Source: Hadesarchaea archaeon
Lineage (GTDB): Archaea > Hadarchaeota > Hadarchaeia > Hadarchaeales > Hadarchaeaceae
Length of the DNA stretch: 10,871 nucleotides
Reading direction: 5' to 3'
Assembly: GCA_029259175.1 (NCBI GenBank)
Contig: JAPDJH010000017.1
Span: forward strand, 1 to 10,871
Each line of letters begins with the position of its first letter. Position 1 is the first letter of the stretch. The translations under genes were made by a program, and so were the position numbers. This document shows positions 6,677 through 10,871 of this stretch, one piece after another. Under the pieces are notes generated by a model. That model was not told where the DNA came from, did no database searches, and saw only the letters and a program-made list of their open reading frames with translations.

Positions 6677-7768
6677 ATGTGGTCGGTATTGCGCCCTGAT
6701 GCTATCGCGGTGCTTCGCGACGAAAAAGCGCAACAAGCGCTGAGCCGTTATTTCGCAGTTATGGAAAATTCTTTACCAGCACGTTTTCACATCTGCGCCC
6801 GTGTGGAGATAAAAACAACGTCCGACTCTTCTGAAACTGAACTCTGGAAAAAACACGAGTCCGGTCTTCGAGAGCTCAACAGACTACAAAAGCGGGTCGA
6901 TGAGAAAAAGATGAAGATAGAAGATCTGCCCAAGCCCGAGTTCTCTCTCCTAGATCTCAAAATCGAGCTAGCAAACAAGATTCTGCGGAGCTGCAGGTTT
7001 TGTGAGCGGCGATGCCAAGTAGACAGAACGAGTGGAAGGCTCGGGGTGTGCGGCGTTGGAACACAACCACGGATTGCTTCGGAATTTATGCACTATGGAG
7101 AGGAACCCGAACTCGTTCCCAGCTATACCATCTTCTTCAGCGGGTGTACCTTCAAATGCGTTTTTTGTCAAAACTGGGATATCTCCCAGTACCCCGACGG
7201 CGGTGCTCTGGCCACGCCGCGTGCCCTTGCCATGCTTATCAAAAAAGCGCGGCAAGCAGGAGCCAGAAACGTAAACTGGGTGGGCGGAGAGCCTACTCCA
7301 AATCTGCACGCCATTCTTGAGGCGCTCTCTAAATGTGAGGTCAATATTCCTAGTGTGTGGAACTCCAACATGTATTTGAGTTCGGAAGCGATGCGGCTGT
7401 TGGCTGGAACTCAAGATGTATATCTTACTGATTTCAAATACGGAAACGACCGCTGTGCCGAACGATACTCGGGTGTGAAAAATTATTTCGAAATAGTTTC
7501 TAGAAATCACATGCTTGCTTCCAAAGACGCAGAACTCATAATCAGACATCTGGTTATGCCCAACCACGTAGAATGCTGCACAAAACCTGTGCTGGAGTGG
7601 ATAGCAGAAAACCTTGGGCCCAACACGCGCGTAAACCTGATGGATCAATACCGGCCATGCTATCGGGCAGATGAATACGAGGAAATAAACCGAAGGATAA
7701 CGTCTGACGAGTTCTCGGCTGCGCTCAAGATCGCCGAAGAAGTCGGGCTTCAAAATGTGATAACCTAG
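6677..7768 (+). CDS. Radical SAM protein, PflX/COG1313-like (often annotated as pyruvate formate-lyase activating enzyme-related; true substrate unknown)
   Basis: CxxxCxxC motif TIFFSGCTFKCVFCQNWDISQ; extra N-terminal CRFCERRC...GVCG cluster; HYGEEPEL, NVNWVGGEPTP, WNSNMY, DFKYGN, IIRHLVMPNH, NLMDQYRP. Confidence 0.88.
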   Translation: MWSVLRPDAIAVLRDEKAQQALSRYFAVMENSLPARFHICARVEIKTTSDSSETELWKKHESGLRELNRLQKRVDEKKMKIEDLPKPEFSLLDLKIELANKILRSCRFCERRCQVDRTSGRLGVCGVGTQPRIASEFMHYGEEPELVPSYTIFFSGCTFKCVFCQNWDISQYPDGGALATPRALAMLIKKARQAGARNVNWVGGEPTPNLHAILEALSKCEVNIPSVWNSNMYLSSEAMRLLAGTQDVYLTDFKYGNDRCAERYSGVKNYFEIVSRNHMLASKDAELIIRHLVMPNHVECCTKPVLEWIAENLGPNTRVNLMDQYRPCYRADEYEEINRRITSDEFSAALKIAEEVGLQNVIT

Positions 7769-7799
7769 CCCTGTTGACTTCCGTATATTTTAATCTGAG

Positions 7800-8654
7800 A
7801 TGGAAAACATAATTTTAGAAGGGATTGAAACGAGAGGGATCCTGAAAACCAAACGCAAAAAAGAGCGCGGACGGGACAAGTGCTCCAAGTTTCTTAAGCT
7901 GTTGAAAACAAAACACGAGGAGGAGCCAGAGATTCGACCACGACGTGCAAAGATAATAGGAGTGTTCTCATGCAAGGGAGGTGTAGGAAAAACAACAACG
8001 GTGTGCAATATCGCCGCTTATCTTACCCAAAAGTTAAAAAAGCGCGTGTTGGCAGTGGATGCAAATCTAACAGCACCCAATCTCGGTCTTCACTTCGGAG
8101 AACTGGAGCCAAAAGTTACTATCCACGATGTCCTCTCTGGAAAAATTCCAATCCAGGAGGCAGTGGTAAGGAGACACGGTATAGATGCCATCTTTGGTTC
8201 CATAGCGTTCCGTGAGGAAGTACACCTCGTCGATCTGCGAGCCCATCTCGAGCCGCTGCGATCCAAATACCATGTGATTATTCTCGACTCTGCCCCGGGC
8301 TTGGGACCGGAAGTGATGGCAGCCATGCGAGCGGCAGATGAAATAATCACAGTCACCAATCCTTTGCTTCCAACCGTTGCCAGCACTATTAAGACCTTTG
8401 GAGCGGCTGAGCGACACAAAGTCCCGGTGATGGGAGTGGTGGTGAACAAGGTTCGGGGAGAGCCTTTCGAACTTTCGACAGCCAACATAAAAAAGGCGCT
8501 GGGGTGGCCGGTGCTCACATCCATCCCCGAAGATGCCAAAGTGAGAGAAGCGACCGCATCGGGAATTCCCGTAGTTATGTATGCCCCCTCATCCCCAGGT
8601 GCGAGGCGATTCAAACAGCTGAGCGAGAAGATTCACCAGTTTCTATTTTCGTGA
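7800..8654 (+). CDS. MinD/ParA-family P-loop ATPase
   Basis: Deviant Walker A SCKGGVGKTT, VDANLTAPNL, IILDSAPGLG, GVVVNKV, IPEDAKVREA...G.PVV. The start codon is uncertain because of a ~50-aa N-terminal extension. Confidence 0.88.
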   Translation: MENIILEGIETRGILKTKRKKERGRDKCSKFLKLLKTKHEEEPEIRPRRAKIIGVFSCKGGVGKTTTVCNIAAYLTQKLKKRVLAVDANLTAPNLGLHFGELEPKVTIHDVLSGKIPIQEAVVRRHGIDAIFGSIAFREEVHLVDLRAHLEPLRSKYHVIILDSAPGLGPEVMAAMRAADEIITVTNPLLPTVASTIKTFGAAERHKVPVMGVVVNKVRGEPFELSTANIKKALGWPVLTSIPEDAKVREATASGIPVVMYAPSSPGARRFKQLSEKIHQFLFS

Positions 8655-10871
8655 TCGCCGTTTAGACAATCGCTTTCGCTTTTCTTCTGCAATGCGTTTC
8701 AAACGCTCGATCGCTTCCAGCTCGGAGGGAGCAGCACGTGGGACCACCGGTTTGACCGGCCTTCCTATCCGCCTCCGAGGTGGTCGGAGAACGGCACGCT
8801 CCAGCCGTCTGAGGATGCGCTGCTGGCGAGTGATGCTGAAGTACACGTAGGCTCCAAGAACTCCGCCGACGGCAATAATCGCGAGCAACACCAGAACCCA
8901 CACGGGTGGGCCAACAACAGGAAGTGCGCCCGGAAGCACGGGCGCGGGTTTTCTTTGGCCCACTGCCGCGAACAATGAGAGGCCAGGGGACACGGCAGAG
9001 AAATAGAGGTAATCGTTGTCCTCAGATAGATAAGTGGTTTCCAGTTCATTCCAGCGGTTTTCCTCCCAACGCAACAACCGAATCGTATTTTCCATGATAT
9101 TCTCAGAGCGCACCCATTCTTTGGCCACTCGGAATTCTATTTTCGCTGTCTCCACCGCTTGTGGGTCAAGAGTGGTCGAGAGAATGCCGAAGTATTGGTA
9201 TACCACGCCCTCTGGGAGCGCAGTTTCCTCCAGTGTCTCAGCATATTCCTGAATTCTGACTTGGGCTCCAGCGATTTCTCCCCCAGGTATGGACTCCGTC
9301 AAAGTCACGATAACCCGCACGATGAATATCTGGTACTGAGTGAAGTCGGCTTCGATGCTTTGTCCATTTTCAGCTGCTTCTAGCTGAACCACCGGCGCAC
9401 TGGGGACTACAGCAAAACTAAAAATCGTAGACCAGTCGCTCACATGACCTAGCCCGTCGAAGGATCTCACTCGCCAGAAGTAAATGTCCTCTGAAAGGGC
9501 TTGGTTTTCGGAGATCTGATAAGTGACCCCTTTCAGATTTTCCCGAATTAACACAACATCAAACTCCGGTCTAGTACTCACCTGCAGCTCGTAGAACACG
9601 CCAGAAATATCACTGACTTCGCTCCATTCAAATTTAACAGCTCCGGAGAGCAAGATTTGATCATCGCTTGGCGAGAGCAGCGCAGGTGTAGGTGGTGCAC
9701 CCGTATCAACAGCGCAATGGGTATCTGCCAACGAAGGAGGCGCTTCATCTAGGCCATCAGTGTCTCTCGCTATCGAATAAAACTCGTAAAATCCGTCGCC
9801 GTTGTCTGCTGTAAACATCCAAGACCATCCGTCCGAGTCATCAGTATCGACAGCAAACAATGTCCAATCGCCCCACAGGAGGTTATCAGCAGAATATCGA
9901 TAGTATAAGGAGACCTGAGTGACGCTCCCATCGGGATCGCTGGCCGATGCGGTCAGCTGGATTGGAAGCTGGGTCTGCCAGTATGGAGATATCGGGTCAA
10001 CTTCGGATGTCGGTGGTTGAAGTTCGATAACCGTCAGAGTGAAAGTTTCTGAATGGATCCTTCCGTCTGCACCACGAGCAGTAACAACTACTGTATAAGT
10101 TCCGGGTGAAGTAGCTCTTGAAGTCGACAGAGTCATCGTAGAAGTAAACGGTGGGATTCCAGCAGACGGTGAAAAGCTCACGGTTCCGGGTGCTCCGCTT
10201 GCACTAAGAGTTACTTGGAAGGAGTATAGACCAATCGGAGAGATGGTGATTGTTGCTTTAACAGATATGCCTTGTTCCACCGATGCAGAGGATGGGGAAA
10301 TCGAGATTGTGAAATCTCCGGCTGAGACGATTCCGCTCCACTGATCCACAGCACGCCAAAATCTGGAAGCGGAAACTCTGTCGGCCCAGCTCTCGACAGT
10401 TCTCCACTGCCCACTCACCCCCAAAACTGCTCCGCTCCACGATTTACCCTCTTTCCAATTCGGTAGCGTCGCAGAGTGAGCAGACCAGATCTCGGGTGCA
10501 CGCCAAAGCGAGGGACCTCGAACCTCTGATATCCAGTCCTCTGCTTGGCACCAAGCAAGAGCAACTGATGAACTTCCACTCCAAGTCTCTGCAAGGAGCC
10601 ATCCAGACGGCGCTTTGGAAGCTCCAGACCACGATTCTAGGGTGTTCCAACTGCCCACATGCAACATCCAAGTCTCTGAAACCGTCTCTCCCGCGGTGTT
10701 CACCGCCCACACCCGCCACCAGTAGGTTCCCGGCTGGGTAAAGGTGAACTGGTGCTGGTTGTCCACCGTGTCAACGTAGTTCTCCACCAGCGGCGCCGAG
10801 AAGCTCGGCTCGTTGTCGATCTCGATGCGGTGGTTGTCCGCATTGCTTCCGTTCTCCCACTCGAACGTCAC
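8643..10871 (-). CDS. Large membrane-anchored cell-surface protein (Ig/Fn3-like domains, Trp-rich repeats, PGF-pre-PGF-like domain, C-terminal TM helix); 5'-truncated by the window edge
   Basis: Open frame to the window edge, beginning mid-domain (TFEW...). Two related beta-sandwich modules end in YWWRVWAVN and YFWRVRSFD. Ig-like DFTISISPSS...FTLTV; VYQYF...IEFRVAKEWV...LLRW...W.EL.T...YFSAVSPGLSLFAAVG; Pro linker, TM helix and basic tail. Confidence 0.88.
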   Translation of the reverse strand: MTFEWENGSNADNHRIEIDNEPSFSAPLVENYVDTVDNQHQFTFTQPGTYWWRVWAVNTAGETVSETWMLHVGSWNTLESWSGASKAPSGWLLAETWSGSSSVALAWCQAEDWISEVRGPSLWRAPEIWSAHSATLPNWKEGKSWSGAVLGVSGQWRTVESWADRVSASRFWRAVDQWSGIVSAGDFTISISPSSASVEQGISVKATITISPIGLYSFQVTLSASGAPGTVSFSPSAGIPPFTSTMTLSTSRATSPGTYTVVVTARGADGRIHSETFTLTVIELQPPTSEVDPISPYWQTQLPIQLTASASDPDGSVTQVSLYYRYSADNLLWGDWTLFAVDTDDSDGWSWMFTADNGDGFYEFYSIARDTDGLDEAPPSLADTHCAVDTGAPPTPALLSPSDDQILLSGAVKFEWSEVSDISGVFYELQVSTRPEFDVVLIRENLKGVTYQISENQALSEDIYFWRVRSFDGLGHVSDWSTIFSFAVVPSAPVVQLEAAENGQSIEADFTQYQIFIVRVIVTLTESIPGGEIAGAQVRIQEYAETLEETALPEGVVYQYFGILSTTLDPQAVETAKIEFRVAKEWVRSENIMENTIRLLRWEENRWNELETTYLSEDNDYLYFSAVSPGLSLFAAVGQRKPAPVLPGALPVVGPPVWVLVLLAIIAVGGVLGAYVYFSITRQQRILRRLERAVLRPPRRRIGRPVKPVVPRAAPSELEAIERLKRIAEEKRKRLSKRRSRK
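10320..10649 (-). repeat. Seven tandem ~16-aa (48-nt) degenerate Trp-rich repeats inside the surface protein
   Basis: Trp pairs at aa 75/81, 91/97, 107/113, 123/129, 139/145, 156/162 and 172/178 of the listed translation; consensus about W-x3-E-x-W-S-G-x-V-x-A. Confidence 0.85.

Noticed and set aside
6968-7753. 261-aa antisense ORF
   Set aside because: It lies wholly opposite the well-supported radical SAM gene and has no recognisable motifs; treated as a shadow ORF.
8090-8614. 174-aa antisense ORF (likewise 2780-3325, 4738-5172 and other short overlapping ORFs)
   Set aside because: Opposite-strand or alternate-frame shadows of motif-supported genes.
7800-8654. Mrp/ApbC Fe-S carrier or CooC/HypB-type nickel insertase (suggested by nearby radical SAM, hypF and nikR)
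   Set aside because: It lacks the Mrp CxxC and ENMS motifs and the CooC CxC motif; the sequence fits generic archaeal MinD.
10320-10649. CRISPR array or DNA tandem repeat explanation for the 48-nt periodicity
   Set aside because: There are no identical nucleotide repeats; the periodicity is visible only at the protein level.
10692-10871. Diversity-generating retroelement template or variable repeat (many AAC codons)
   Set aside because: No reverse transcriptase and no near-identical repeat differing at adenines in the window; the AAC use is explained by the general high GC3 of the segment.

Overview
Gene-dense archaeal chromosomal segment: a DGGGP synthase, TATA-like boxes, GGTGAT-type ribosome-binding sites and a PGF-pre-PGF surface protein all point to Archaea. 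The surface-protein style recalls Hadarchaeota/MSBL1-like lineages, but that is an unverified impression. Left to right: 3' part of hypF (+), converging on and overlapping nikR (-); a truncated MscS-like membrane protein (-); two small coupled hypothetical genes (-); herA and nurA (-) with no mre11/rad50 beside them; a divergent digeranylgeranylglyceryl-phosphate synthase (+); a membrane-anchored thermonuclease (-); a PflX/COG1313-like radical SAM protein (+); a MinD/ParA-type ATPase (+); and the 3' part of a large multi-domain surface protein (-). No rRNA, tRNA, CRISPR array or transposase was seen. Mostly housekeeping DNA. The best leads are (i) an abrupt codon-usage switch inside the surface-protein gene, right next to a 16-residue Trp repeat array, (ii) the stand-alone nurA-herA pair followed by two unknown ORFs, and (iii) the atypical mini-MscS. 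None of these can be shown to be a new system from sequence alone.
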